Assembly: GCA_964361595.1 (NCBI GenBank)
Contig: CAYIAX010000003.1
Coordinates: 6,071-70,070, forward strand
DNA from: an uncultured Candidatus Saccharibacteria bacterium
Lineage (GTDB): Bacteria; Patescibacteriota; Minisyncoccia; UBA6257; 2-01-FULL-56-20
Reading direction: 5' to 3'
DNA: 64,000 nt
Of the stretch, positions 9,647-20,124 are shown piece by piece. Position numbers and translations under genes: made by a program. The notes beneath the pieces are model-generated. The model saw only the letters and a list, made by a program, of their open reading frames with translations, did no database searches and was not told where the DNA came from. Position 1 is the stretch's first letter. Each line of letters starts with the position of its first letter.

Positions 9647-10276
9647 ATGGGAGGAACGCAAATATACTTGGATTGGGCGCCGAAAGCGTTCTTTTTGGCT
9701 GTTTTGGCCGTGATGGCCTTAAAATACATTTTACGCAGCCGCAATGCGCAGGAGGAAATAACTTATCCGTGGCTGCGGCTCACATTTTTTCGGCTTACGG
9801 TTGCACTGCTCGTTTGGCGGATCTTATTCGCCGTGAGCCAAATGTATTTGCAGTATTTAACTTGGTCGGCCGAAGGAAATATTTTGGGCCAAAGATTGCT
9901 GCCGCCTTACCAATCCTGGAATTATTTTTTGAGGTTTTCGCTGGGGCGTTTTTGGCTAAACATACTCATTGCTTTCGCAGCGGCTTTGATTTTTTACATT
10001 TTCCTGCGTGTGCTTAAAGAATGGACGCCGCGCTTTTTTGAGACGGAAGAGCCGGAGCTCGGATTTTCGGCCGCATTTTTATCCGGCTGGCCGGGTTTTG
10101 CGATTTTTTTTCCGCTCGTTTTCATTTTCATCATTGTCGTTTCGATCTCCCGCCTGCTTATATGGAGACAAGCTTATACGACCTTGGGCGGCGCCTTCAT
10201 TTTAGCGGTTCTGGTACAGGTTTTCTGGGGAGAAAAATTTATCCAGCTCTTTAAACTTTTCGTTTTGCGTATTTAA
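9647..10276 (+). CDS. Multi-pass membrane protein, possibly prepilin-peptidase(A24)-like
   Basis: Several hydrophobic helices; adjacent to a pilin gene; family assignment tentative. Confidence 0.6.
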   Translation: MGGTQIYLDWAPKAFFLAVLAVMALKYILRSRNAQEEITYPWLRLTFFRLTVALLVWRILFAVSQMYLQYLTWSAEGNILGQRLLPPYQSWNYFLRFSLGRFWLNILIAFAAALIFYIFLRVLKEWTPRFFETEEPELGFSAAFLSGWPGFAIFFPLVFIFIIVVSISRLLIWRQAYTTLGGAFILAVLVQVFWGEKFIQLFKLFVLRI

Positions 10277-10281
10277 ATAAA

Positions 10282-10746
10282 ATGCCCAGGGTCGGGAGAC
10301 AAAAAGGATTTTCGCTTTTGGAAATTTTAATCGTGGCAGCGATGCTTGCTGTTTTGGGCCTCGTGGTCTGGGGCGGCAACGGAAGGGTCACGTCAAATCT
10401 GGCTTTTCGCACTGAAGCCGACAACGTGATCACGCAATTGCGTTCGGCCCAAGCCAAGGCCCAAGCGGGCGAACTTAGCTCGCGCTGGGGCGTTCATTTT
10501 GTAAACGGCGAGCGAGATTATTATGAATTGTTTTCGACCGCCAGCGAGTATTTAAGCTCAAGCACGATCGTGCACGAAACTGTTTATTTGCACGGAGCGA
10601 CTTTATTCATTGATCCCACTGAAGGCGCCAGTTCGACTTTGGTTTTTGAGCCGATTTCGAGCAAAACAAGCGGCGGCAGTATTACCCTGGGCTTTTGGGG
10701 AGAAACCAGGATAATTACGGCCACCACTTTGGGCCGCATATATTGA
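10282..10746 (+). CDS. Type IV pilin/pseudopilin (FimT/GspH-like)
   Basis: Class III signal 'KGFSLLEILIV'. Confidence 0.85.
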   Translation: MPRVGRQKGFSLLEILIVAAMLAVLGLVVWGGNGRVTSNLAFRTEADNVITQLRSAQAKAQAGELSSRWGVHFVNGERDYYELFSTASEYLSSSTIVHETVYLHGATLFIDPTEGASSTLVFEPISSKTSGGSITLGFWGETRIITATTLGRIY

Positions 10747-10783
10747 TAGCCGTACACTTGAGTATGCTAAAATAGAAAGGTAA

Positions 10784-11776
10784 ATGTTAAATCCCGAGGC
10801 AAAACTGAATCCGAAAATTTTTGATGAAGACGTGGAGCAGCGGCCGACACGAGCCGGTTACGGCGAGGGGATCGTCGAGGCCGGCGAGGCGAATCAGAAT
10901 GTGGTCGCGCTTTGCGCTGACCTTACCGAATCCACGCAGACGATGGCTTTCGCGAAAAAGTTCCCCGAACGATTCTTTGAGTGCGGTGTGGCCGAGCAAA
11001 ACATGGCCACGATTGCCGCCGGCTTGGGCGTGAGCGGGAAAATCCCGTTTATCGCTTCCTATGCGACCTTTTCGCCGGGACGGAATTTGGAGCAGATCCG
11101 CACCACGATTGCTTATAACGATGCGAACGTCAAGATCGCCGGCCACCATGCGGGAATTTCGGTGGGTCCGGACGGAGCCACACATCAGGCGACGGAGGAC
11201 ATCGCGATCATGCGGTCCCTGCCGAATATGCGGGTGCTCGCGCCCTGTGACGCAATCGAAGCGAAGAAAGCAACGGTAGCCGCCGCCCAAATTTGGGGTC
11301 CGGTCTATTTGCGGTTCGCGCGCGAAAAATCACCCGTGCTGACAACCCGAGAAACTCCTTTTGTGCCAGGCAAAATTCAAGTTTTTTGGGAATCGCCCAA
11401 ACCAAGCGTGCTTATCCTTGGCTGCGGCGCGCTGCTTTATCAGTCGCTTTTGGCCGCGCGGGAACTGGAAAAAGAAAAGATTCAAGTGTTAGTTGTTAAC
11501 TGCCACACGGTTAAGCCTTTGGATGAAGAAAATATCATTAAATTGGCCGAGAAAGCCGGTGCGGTTGTGACGGTGGAAGAACACCAAATAATGGGCGGCT
11601 TGGGCGGTGCGGTTGCGGAGCTCTTAGCTCAAAAATCACCCATGCCCATGGAATTTGTTGGCTTAAAGGACGTATTTGGGGAATCGGGTCCGCCGGAGGA
11701 GTTGCTCAAAAAATACGGGATGAGCGTAAAAGAAATTATGGCGGCGGCGAAGCGGGCTAAACGGCGCGCAGGTTAA
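10784..11776 (+). CDS. tkt: Transketolase, C-terminal subunit
   Basis: 'GVAEQNM', 'GPDGATHQ', 'GPVYLR', 'VEEHQ..GGLG'. Confidence 0.95.
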   Translation: MLNPEAKLNPKIFDEDVEQRPTRAGYGEGIVEAGEANQNVVALCADLTESTQTMAFAKKFPERFFECGVAEQNMATIAAGLGVSGKIPFIASYATFSPGRNLEQIRTTIAYNDANVKIAGHHAGISVGPDGATHQATEDIAIMRSLPNMRVLAPCDAIEAKKATVAAAQIWGPVYLRFAREKSPVLTTRETPFVPGKIQVFWESPKPSVLILGCGALLYQSLLAARELEKEKIQVLVVNCHTVKPLDEENIIKLAEKAGAVVTVEEHQIMGGLGGAVAELLAQKSPMPMEFVGLKDVFGESGPPEELLKKYGMSVKEIMAAAKRAKRRAG

Positions 11777-11786
11777 GCCTGCCCGT

Positions 11787-13379
11787 ATGAACTCGCGATA
11801 CGCGATCTTAATTTTTCTCACGGTAGTTTTTATTTTTTCTTTCAATCAATTCAAGGAAGCTGACAGCTTTTATCATCTGAAGACTGGACAGGCGATTTGG
11901 GAAGCAAAAGCGATTCCCCAAACCGATATTTTTTCCTTTACGGCCGTCGGCCGGCCCTGGGTTACGCATGAGTGGCTGGCGGAAGTGATATTTTATTTGC
12001 TCGCAAAAATAAGTTTATGGGCAGTGATCTTTTTTATTGCCGGTTTGTCCGTCGCAACTTATTTCTTGCTGTGGCTGCGTTCACGTTTACTAGGAGCTTC
12101 TGCGGAGTGGACGGTGCTCGCGCTCCTCGTCTTCGGTCTTTTAACCTTCGAGCTTTGGATACCTCGTCCGCAGGTATTCTCATTTTTCTTGGCGGCGCTT
12201 CTGCTTCTGCTTTTGGATTCTTACCGTAAAACCGGCAGAGCGAAATATATAACCGGTTTACCGATCTTGATCTTGCTTTGGGCAAATATGCATGCCAGTT
12301 TTCTTTTAGGCTTGATCATAATCCTTTTTTATGCGGGCTATGAGCAAGCTACAAAAAAACCGGTTCGTTTGCTCTGGCTTACTTTTGGCAGTAGCTTATT
12401 TTTATCTTTTTTAAACCCGAACGGTTTTCGGATTTATACATATGCGTGGGACATCTTGCCGGCTGTAAATGCGCTTTCGATTTTGGAGTGGAAGTCGATC
12501 GTCTACTTTTGGAGCAAGCCCCAAGTGAAAGTTTTTCTGGTTATGATCTTTATGACTTGGGGCGGGCTCGTTTATCTGCGGCGATCCAAAATCAAAGAGC
12601 ACGCACTCCCAATACTTTTAATTAGTGTTGCCGCCATTTTGCCGCTCGTCGCGATTAGGCATGTGGGCTTTTGGCCGGTTATTGCTGCGCCGCTTGCCGC
12701 TGCGGCGCTTACCGAATCCACGAAGTTGCGGGAATTCGCCGCCGGTAAAAATTTTCGGATCGGTTTAATCATTTTTTCCGTTTTCTTGATTACTGTGCGT
12801 TTAACCCAGATCGACTCAAGGCCTATTAACAAGCTCGCGCTGCCGGTTCAAGCGGCTGATTTTGCGGCGAAAGCAGGGATTAAAGGGCCGCTCTTTAATT
12901 TTTACAATGATGGAGGATATCTCATTTGGCGGTTATGGCCTGGCGAAAAAGTTTTCATTGATGGCCGCTCCGAAGTTTACGACGAAGAGACAGTCAATGA
13001 TTACAAAGCCATAACTGAAGTTAAGGACGATTGGCAGGCTTTACTCGAAGAAAAGTATGGGATTGACTTTGTGATTTTTTCATATCGCAATGTTTTAAAT
13101 TATGAGGCCAGCAAACGCTTTGCCGAAGGCCTGCTCGTGGAGAATTTCGCGCTCATTTATTGGGATGATACAGCCCTGATTTTCGTAAGCGATACGCAAA
13201 CCAACCGCAGTTTGATCGATAAATATGCCTTGAGCCATGTGGAGCCGTTCCGCGATCCCGAAGGCATACCCCTAAGCGAGAAAAAAGACGCTTTGCGGGA
13301 ACTGCAAATTCTCTTGGATCGGCAGCCGGAATCGCAAGTCATACGGAAATATACAGAGCTTCTGCTTAAAAATCAGTAA
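11787..13379 (+). CDS. Polytopic membrane protein, probable GT-C-fold glycosyltransferase
   Basis: 'DSFYHLKTG', 'WVTHEWL', 'WANMH', 'VFIDGR' motifs and many TM helices. Confidence 0.65.
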   Translation: MNSRYAILIFLTVVFIFSFNQFKEADSFYHLKTGQAIWEAKAIPQTDIFSFTAVGRPWVTHEWLAEVIFYLLAKISLWAVIFFIAGLSVATYFLLWLRSRLLGASAEWTVLALLVFGLLTFELWIPRPQVFSFFLAALLLLLLDSYRKTGRAKYITGLPILILLWANMHASFLLGLIIILFYAGYEQATKKPVRLLWLTFGSSLFLSFLNPNGFRIYTYAWDILPAVNALSILEWKSIVYFWSKPQVKVFLVMIFMTWGGLVYLRRSKIKEHALPILLISVAAILPLVAIRHVGFWPVIAAPLAAAALTESTKLREFAAGKNFRIGLIIFSVFLITVRLTQIDSRPINKLALPVQAADFAAKAGIKGPLFNFYNDGGYLIWRLWPGEKVFIDGRSEVYDEETVNDYKAITEVKDDWQALLEEKYGIDFVIFSYRNVLNYEASKRFAEGLLVENFALIYWDDTALIFVSDTQTNRSLIDKYALSHVEPFRDPEGIPLSEKKDALRELQILLDRQPESQVIRKYTELLLKNQ

Positions 13380-13398
13380 TTATTGTATACTAAAAATA

Positions 13399-14433
13399 AT
13401 GTACGATGTGGTCACAATCGGCACGGCGACTCGCGATGTTTTTTTGCGTAGCACGTTTTTTAAGGTTCTGCGCGACCCCAAACATTTGCGCAGGTTGGGA
13501 TTCCAAACGGGGGAAGCCCAATGCCTGGCTTTGGGCGGCAAACTGGAGGTGGGCGCGCCGGTCTTGACTTTGGGCGGCGGCGCCTTGAATGCGGCGGTTA
13601 CGTTTGCTCGCAGGGGCTTGCGGGCGGCGGCACTGGTTAAGATCGGCAAAGATCCGAACGGTGAGGCGGTGCTTAGGGATTTGAAACAGGAAAAAATTTC
13701 GCCGCTTATTCGTTACGACCAAAAGCAAATGACCGCTTACTCGGTCGTCTTGCTCTCGCCGGGGGGAGAGCGCACGATTTTGCACCATCGGGGCGCTTCC
13801 GAAGATTTGACCACCAGTGAAGCGAATTTTAAAAATGTGCGGACGAAGTGGATTTATGTAAATCCGGGAAGGATTCCATACAAGGTAATCAAAAAAATAA
13901 TTTTCGGTTGGAGCGAGCGTGGGGCTCTGGTGGCCATGAATCCATCCGCGCATTATCTGAAATTTGGAGTAAAAAAACTCGCCCCTTTGCTTAAAAAAGT
14001 TTCTGTCCTTATTCTCAACCGCGAAGAGGCGGCGGCGCTTACCAACGTGCCTTATCGGGAAGAACGCCGGATTTTCAAGCGTTTGGATGAACTCGCGCCG
14101 GGCGTTGCGGTCATGACGGAGGGCAAGCGTGGCGTCATGGTCGCGGATGGCAAGTTTATTTATCATGCAGGCACCTTCAAAGAAAAATTTGTGGCTGACC
14201 GCACCGGCGCCGGAGACGCTTTCGGCAGCGCTTTTGTCGCAAGCCTGATTAAGAGCAGAGCCAATCCTGCACGTGGTGTTACTGCGGGTCAAATTCGAGA
14301 AGCAATTCGTGCAGCTTCGGCAAACGCAACTTCAGTGGTGGAAGCGATCGGGGCAGAGCAAGGCATCTTAAAGAGCAGTGGATTTGCTGCTCCGCGCTGG
14401 CGCAACTTTAAGATCGACACAAGACGCGCTTAA
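13399..14433 (+). CDS. PfkB-family carbohydrate kinase
   Basis: 'GGGALNAA', 'NREEA', 'DRTGAGDAFGS'. Confidence 0.93.
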   Translation: MYDVVTIGTATRDVFLRSTFFKVLRDPKHLRRLGFQTGEAQCLALGGKLEVGAPVLTLGGGALNAAVTFARRGLRAAALVKIGKDPNGEAVLRDLKQEKISPLIRYDQKQMTAYSVVLLSPGGERTILHHRGASEDLTTSEANFKNVRTKWIYVNPGRIPYKVIKKIIFGWSERGALVAMNPSAHYLKFGVKKLAPLLKKVSVLILNREEAAALTNVPYREERRIFKRLDELAPGVAVMTEGKRGVMVADGKFIYHAGTFKEKFVADRTGAGDAFGSAFVASLIKSRANPARGVTAGQIREAIRAASANATSVVEAIGAEQGILKSSGFAAPRWRNFKIDTRRA

Positions 14434-15699
14434 ATGGAAATTCCTCCCGAATTAAATAAAATCTCTGCAATTCTGCGCGCAGATAAGCGGGAGCTAAAGT
14501 CGGTGATCGACCGGTTGGCTAGCCTTACCGGCAAGACGGATGTTCTCCAAAAGATTACTGCCGAAAACGATGATTTGATGATTAACCGGCTGTTTTCGAT
14601 CGGCGTGCCTCGCGAATCGAGCGCCAAGGAAGTTTATGAGGCCTTAATCTCCAAGATCGAGGCGGATGACTATCAGATTTTTAAAGCTCTGGATGAGCCC
14701 AATTTCCGGAATTCCGCAGCCTGCGAACACGTCGGAGACATAGCCAAAAAAATCGTCAATCCTCCGAGCGGTTACTTTTTGAAGCTTTCCAAGGCGGAGG
14801 AATTTTTGGCCAAAGAGCCGCCGCAGCAAATTCTCAAGTGTTTAGGCTATGATTCGGTGCGAACGATGCTGGCTCACGAGGATATTTTTGAGATTATGTC
14901 CGCCTTGCGGGTTGTCGAGGGGAGCGATTGGCTAAATGAAGTGTTTTTCAAGCAATATGAATCGCTTTCGCCGGACGATTTTGAAGAGCGTGAGATCAAG
15001 GTCAAGGCTTTGAGCGAAAGATGGAGCAAAGAATCTGCGCGGTTCGTCGTGAAGAAAAAGCATAACATCAGCCATTTAAAGGAATTGGGAGTAGTTTTTG
15101 TGATGCCTGCGCTTTTAGGCATTTCGGGCGAACTTTTGCGCATGTTCGCTTTGATGCTACATTATTTATATGAAGTACCGTTTTATTCGGATCTATTCCG
15201 TTTACTGCACCAGGATGAAAAAAATTTCAGCCGTAATTTTGTTTCGCTTCTGCGCGGCGATGTCTGCGAACATCTTCCGGAGGCCAAGCCGGGCCATTCC
15301 GCGTGGCTGGTTGTCCAGCGCTATTTGGCCAAGGACGATGAAAACGACTGGCGGCTTTTCTTTCCGCACGTGAATCCCGAGGCGATTCATTGGGCGAAAG
15401 CGGAAAGGAATCTTGCCCAAATCGGCATGCGGCTCAATGGTTTTGCGCGCGATCTGCTTTTCTGGGACAATTTGGGATGGGTAGGCGATTATTTCAAAGA
15501 TGAAACCGGAGCGCCGCTGCTTGTCAGCTTTAATTTGGTGGACACGGTGATGTCTTTGGTAAAGCAAAAAGAAATGTCGAAATATCTTTACCATCATCAG
15601 GAAGCTTTGTGGAACAAGCTTTTTGCCGAGTATATGGGCGAAGCCGAGCTGGAGCGTTATTGCCGGGATAATCTGCTTAAAGGTTATTTTGAGCTATGA
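14434..15699 (+). CDS. Hypothetical protein (421 aa) embedded in the sugar-phosphate operon
   Basis: Long ORF abutting pfkB and overlapping the fba start (ATGA). Confidence 0.8.
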   Translation: MEIPPELNKISAILRADKRELKSVIDRLASLTGKTDVLQKITAENDDLMINRLFSIGVPRESSAKEVYEALISKIEADDYQIFKALDEPNFRNSAACEHVGDIAKKIVNPPSGYFLKLSKAEEFLAKEPPQQILKCLGYDSVRTMLAHEDIFEIMSALRVVEGSDWLNEVFFKQYESLSPDDFEEREIKVKALSERWSKESARFVVKKKHNISHLKELGVVFVMPALLGISGELLRMFALMLHYLYEVPFYSDLFRLLHQDEKNFSRNFVSLLRGDVCEHLPEAKPGHSAWLVVQRYLAKDDENDWRLFFPHVNPEAIHWAKAERNLAQIGMRLNGFARDLLFWDNLGWVGDYFKDETGAPLLVSFNLVDTVMSLVKQKEMSKYLYHHQEALWNKLFAEYMGEAELERYCRDNLLKGYFEL

Positions 15700-16577
15700 A
15701 ATCCTTGCGCGAAGAACTGGAAGCGGCGCGGGCCCACCAGGCGGCCATCGGCCATTTTAACGTCTCCGAGTGGTCAGCCGTAAAAGCGATTATGGAAGCC
15801 GTGCGTGAAACCGGCCTTACGGCCATGATCGGAGTTTCGGAAGGTGAACGGGAATTCATGAGTATCCGAGCACTGGCGGTTTTGATCAAATACTTCAGGG
15901 AAGAACTGGGATTGCCGATATACTTGAACGCCGATCACACGCATGATTTGAAGAAAGTGGAAGAAGCGGCCAAGGCGGGAGCCGACGAGATCTTATTCGA
16001 CGGTTCCAAGCTTGCGTTTGAAGAAAATTTGAAAATGACCAAGCGCGCGGTGGAAATCGCGAAAACTTTTAATCCCGCGGTTTTGGTTGAAGGTGAATTG
16101 GGCTACATCGGCAGCTCTTCGGAGATCATGAAGGAGTTGCCGGCCGATGCTTCCTTGAAACCAGAACTTTACACGACGCCCAAGGAAGCCGAACAGTTTG
16201 TCCGCGAGACTAAGATCGATGTTCTAGCTCCGGCCGTGGGCAATATGCATGGCCTGACGGTCAAAATGGCAGAAGGCAAAGCCTGGAAGCATCTGGATTT
16301 AAAACGGATCAAAGACATCCACACGGCCGCGGGATTGTTTTTGACTTTGCACGGGGGTTCGGGGACAGCGGATAAAGATTTTGTAGGCGCGGTTAAGGCT
16401 GGCATCACTATCGTCCATATAAATACAGAAATCAGATATGCCTGGCGCAAGGGAGTGGAAGCAGGATTAAGATCCCATCCGGAAGAAATTGCGCCGTATA
16501 AAATTTTGCCCAAGGCGGTAGAAGCAATGAAAAATATCATTGCATCTCGCCTCAAGCTTTTCCAGGCGGGGGATTAG
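15696..16577 (+). CDS. fba: Class II fructose-bisphosphate aldolase
   Basis: 'NADH', 'DGS', 'VEGELG', 'GNMHG', 'LHGGSG', 'INTE'. Confidence 0.93.
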   Translation: MKSLREELEAARAHQAAIGHFNVSEWSAVKAIMEAVRETGLTAMIGVSEGEREFMSIRALAVLIKYFREELGLPIYLNADHTHDLKKVEEAAKAGADEILFDGSKLAFEENLKMTKRAVEIAKTFNPAVLVEGELGYIGSSSEIMKELPADASLKPELYTTPKEAEQFVRETKIDVLAPAVGNMHGLTVKMAEGKAWKHLDLKRIKDIHTAAGLFLTLHGGSGTADKDFVGAVKAGITIVHINTEIRYAWRKGVEAGLRSHPEEIAPYKILPKAVEAMKNIIASRLKLFQAGD

Positions 16578-16678
16578 TTTTAGCTCGATATTGTCAAAAT
16601 AAGCAGGTTTTGCTAAGCTAAAGGGGTTCTTTTGTACCCTTTCGGGGGCTTTCATCGTTTTACTTATTGAATTTCAAA

Positions 16679-17338
16679 ATGGAATTATCCGTAACAGAAC
16701 GCATAAAATTTGGCAAAGCGTCAAATGCTCTTCGCGCCGAAGGGCTTATTCCGGCCGAGCTTTACGGGCGTGATTCGGCAAACTTACATCTTGCGGTTAA
16801 GGGCAATGAATTCCGCAAGGTCTTCGCGGAAGCGGGGGAAAATACGATCGTAAATTTGCAGTTCAACGGCAAAACAATTCCGGTTTTGATCCACGACATT
16901 CAGAAAGATTATCTGCATGACGAGATAATCCACGTGGATTTTTACCGGGTGCGCATGGATGAGAAGATCACCGCGCGGGTTCCACTGGAATTCACGGGTG
17001 AATCACCGGCCGTCAAAGAACAAGGCGGTGTTTTAAATAAAACCATGTCCGAAGTTGAAATCGAAGCTTTGCCGAAAGATTTGCCGCATCGTTTACAGGT
17101 TGACCTCACTCCTTTGGTTGAGCTTAACCAAAGTATTTATATAAAAGACATTCAAGTTCCCGCCGGGGTGGAATTGGCCGTAGACCCGGAAACAGTCGTT
17201 GTAACGGTGACACCGCCTCGCAAGAAAGAGGAGGTGGCTCCCGCGCCTGTGGCGGATGTAACCCAGGTGAAGGTTGAAACGGAAGAAAAGAAAGCCGAAC
17301 AGGAACAGGATGTGAAGGAGGAATCGACTCCGGAGTAA
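16679..17338 (+). CDS. rplY: 50S ribosomal protein L25 (CTC form)
   Basis: 'LR.EG.IPAELYG', 'HVDFY', C-terminal CTC domain. Confidence 0.93.
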   Translation: MELSVTERIKFGKASNALRAEGLIPAELYGRDSANLHLAVKGNEFRKVFAEAGENTIVNLQFNGKTIPVLIHDIQKDYLHDEIIHVDFYRVRMDEKITARVPLEFTGESPAVKEQGGVLNKTMSEVEIEALPKDLPHRLQVDLTPLVELNQSIYIKDIQVPAGVELAVDPETVVVTVTPPRKKEEVAPAPVADVTQVKVETEEKKAEQEQDVKEESTPE

Positions 17339-17370
17339 GAAATCCTTCTAAGTTAGGTCATTTATTATAT

Positions 17371-18789
17371 ATGTTCCACAGATTAAAGCCGCAACGCGTC
17401 CTGGATGTTCAGCGTGCTCGCGGGGAGGTATTTGCCGGAATCGCGAAGCGGATAAATTTAGGCAGTAAACGGAGTAGTTCATTGCCCTGGCAAAAATTGT
17501 TCCGAGCCGGGGTTTTGCTTTTTGCCATTTGGACTTTTTTCGGAGCCGTCGCCGCTCCCACCATTCAAACTTTAGCCGCCAGCACTCCTCAAGAGGAAAG
17601 GGAAGAGCTGGAAAACCAGCTGCGGGAGCTTGAGGCCCAGATCGGACAATATGAACAGCAGATCTCAAGCTATCGCAAGCAAGGCAGCACGTTGAAAGGC
17701 GAAGTCGACAGGCTAAACAGCAAGATTTCCAAGCTTAACCTCCAGATCAAGGCTATCAATCTCACACTTACACAATTGGACAAAAAGATCACGGAAACGC
17801 AGTACCAGATCAACGTGACGGAAAGCAATATCGAAGATCATCGGCAAGCTTTGACAAATCTTTTGCGCAATCTTTATCAAAGCGATCGCGCCAACATGAT
17901 GGAAATATTTTTGAAAAATCCCAAGCTTTCGGATTTCTTCACGGACTTGAACAATATCACTTTGCTGCAGGGGAATTTACGGATCACCATCGAAGAAATA
18001 ACCGCGCTGCGGGACAAGCTTCAAGATCAACGCGAACAGTTTTCGCTCGCCCGCGCCGATGCTTCGACATTGAAGAGCTACCAAACGGCACAACGGCTGG
18101 AAGCCGACCAGACAAAAAGACAAAAAAATGATCTTTTAGTCGTGACGAAGGGGCAGGAGACGAAGTACCAGGGTCTTTTAAAACAAACAAAGGAAACGGC
18201 TGCGCAAATCAGAAGCAGAATTTTCCAGCTCTTGGGCGGCGGACAATTGAGTTTTGAGCAAGCTTATGAATTTGCGAAATTAGCCGGCAGCGCTACCGGA
18301 GTGCGCCCGGCTTTAATTTTGGCCGTGCTCGACCGCGAATCCGCCTTAGGGAGGAACGTGGGGCGCTGCAGCTATAAAACAGCCATGAGCCCCAAAAACC
18401 AGGAAATTTTTTTGAAGATCACGGCTGAATTGAATTTGAGTCCTGATTCAATGATGGTTTCTTGCCCCAACGCCGACGGTGTTTACGGCGGCGCGATGGG
18501 ACCCGCCCAATTCATTCCTTCGACTTGGATACTCTATCGTGATTTGATTGCGAGAGCAACCGGCAATAATCCGCCTTCGCCCTGGAACCACTCCGATGCG
18601 TTCACGGCCACCGCGCTTTACTTGAAAGACGCCGGCGCTGCCAACGGGTCCGTCGCTGAAGAGCGAATTGCGGCCGCTAAATATTACGCCGGTTCGAATT
18701 GGCGCCGCCATTTGTGGACCTACGGCGAGGCGGTAGTAAGCCGCGCGCAGAGGTTCCAGCAGGATATCGAGATTTTGCTTGCGGACTAG
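17371..18789 (+). CDS. Coiled-coil protein with C-terminal lytic murein transglycosylase (SLT-type) domain
   Basis: TM/signal, long heptad coiled coil, 'RES..G.N.G', '[14 protein letters not shown]'. Confidence 0.85.
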   Translation: MFHRLKPQRVLDVQRARGEVFAGIAKRINLGSKRSSSLPWQKLFRAGVLLFAIWTFFGAVAAPTIQTLAASTPQEEREELENQLRELEAQIGQYEQQISSYRKQGSTLKGEVDRLNSKISKLNLQIKAINLTLTQLDKKITETQYQINVTESNIEDHRQALTNLLRNLYQSDRANMMEIFLKNPKLSDFFTDLNNITLLQGNLRITIEEITALRDKLQDQREQFSLARADASTLKSYQTAQRLEADQTKRQKNDLLVVTKGQETKYQGLLKQTKETAAQIRSRIFQLLGGGQLSFEQAYEFAKLAGSATGVRPALILAVLDRESALGRNVGRCSYKTAMSPKNQEIFLKITAELNLSPDSMMVSCPNADGVYGGAMGPAQFIPSTWILYRDLIARATGNNPPSPWNHSDAFTATALYLKDAGAANGSVAEERIAAAKYYAGSNWRRHLWTYGEAVVSRAQRFQQDIEILLAD

Positions 18790-18808
18790 AACAAGGCATA
18801 ATTAGCGG

Positions 18809-20074
18809 ATGACCACAAGAAAGCTTAAATTGTCCAATGGTTTGCGCGTAATTTTGGCCCCGCATGCGGGGCTGGCTGCAACCGTGCTCGTGCTTGTGGG
18901 CACCGGGTCGGAGTATGAAAGCCGGCGGATCAACGGCCTTTCGCATTTTTTAGAACACATGTGCTTCAAAGGAACCGTGAACCGACCGCAGCCCGGAATG
19001 ATCGCCACAGAACTGGATTCTTTGGGAGCCGAATATAATGCCTTTACCGGACAGGAGTACACCGGTTATTGGGCGAAAGCGGAAAATCATAAATTGCCGC
19101 AAATTTTGGATATCGTCTCCGATCTTTATCTGAACCCGGTTTTTAATAAAGCGGAAATAGAAAAAGAACGCGGCGTTGTGATCGAGGAAATGAACCTTTA
19201 CGAAGATACGCCGATGTGGAGCGCGCAGGATCTTTTCATGACTGTGCTTTACGGCGACCAGCCGGCGGGTTGGCGGATTGTCGGCAAGAAAGAAATTATC
19301 CAGCGCCTTGATCGCAAGGATTTTTTGGCCTACCGCAAAAAACATTATATCGCCCCCGCGACGATCGTAGTTGTAGCCGGAAATTTTGACTTAAAGAAAA
19401 TCAGCGCAGATATAAAAAGATATTTCGGCAAACTTCCGCGGGCCGCCAAGCCGGCAAAGCCAAAAACCAGCGACCGGCAAGCCAAACCGCAGATCTTACT
19501 AAAGTTTAAGGATTCCGACCAAAGCCATCTTGTTTTGGGCGCGCGGGCTTTCTCCGTTTTCGACGAGCGACGTTTTGCTCTGCAGGTGGCGGCCGATATT
19601 TTGGGCGGCGGCATGAGCTCGCGGCTATGGCATCGGGTCCGCGAGGAATTGGGTGCGGCTTACTATATCCGCTCTTCCGCGGAATTTTTCATTGATCATG
19701 GTTATCTTGATGTCTCCGCTGGAGTTGATCACCGGAAAATCGAGCTTGTGATCCGGGCAGTGGTGGAGGAGTTGCGGCGCCTGCGGGATGAGTTGATCGA
19801 AGCGAAAGAACTTAAAAAATCGAAAGACCACCTGATTGGCAGGCTGATTTTGGGGCTCGAAACATCCGATGAAGTAGCCAGTTTTTATGGGGGCCAGGAG
19901 GTCCTTACCGGCACATTCCTTAATCCACAAAAGACGATTGAGTTCGTGCGCAAGGTGACCGCCGAGGAAATCAGGGCCGTGGCGAGAAGTATTTTTACCG
20001 CTAACCGGCTTAACTTGGCCGTAATCGGGCCTTACAAAAAATCAGAGTCTTTTCGGAAAATCCTCAAGTTCTAG
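18809..20074 (+). CDS. M16-family (pitrilysin-like) zinc peptidase
   Basis: Inverted zinc motif 'HFLEHM.FKGT'. Confidence 0.93.
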   Translation: MTTRKLKLSNGLRVILAPHAGLAATVLVLVGTGSEYESRRINGLSHFLEHMCFKGTVNRPQPGMIATELDSLGAEYNAFTGQEYTGYWAKAENHKLPQILDIVSDLYLNPVFNKAEIEKERGVVIEEMNLYEDTPMWSAQDLFMTVLYGDQPAGWRIVGKKEIIQRLDRKDFLAYRKKHYIAPATIVVVAGNFDLKKISADIKRYFGKLPRAAKPAKPKTSDRQAKPQILLKFKDSDQSHLVLGARAFSVFDERRFALQVAADILGGGMSSRLWHRVREELGAAYYIRSSAEFFIDHGYLDVSAGVDHRKIELVIRAVVEELRRLRDELIEAKELKKSKDHLIGRLILGLETSDEVASFYGGQEVLTGTFLNPQKTIEFVRKVTAEEIRAVARSIFTANRLNLAVIGPYKKSESFRKILKF

Positions 20075-20124
20075 GGTTGCGCACAATCAGCTTTCCGGTA
20101 TAAGCTGAAGTAAATACGCCGGTT

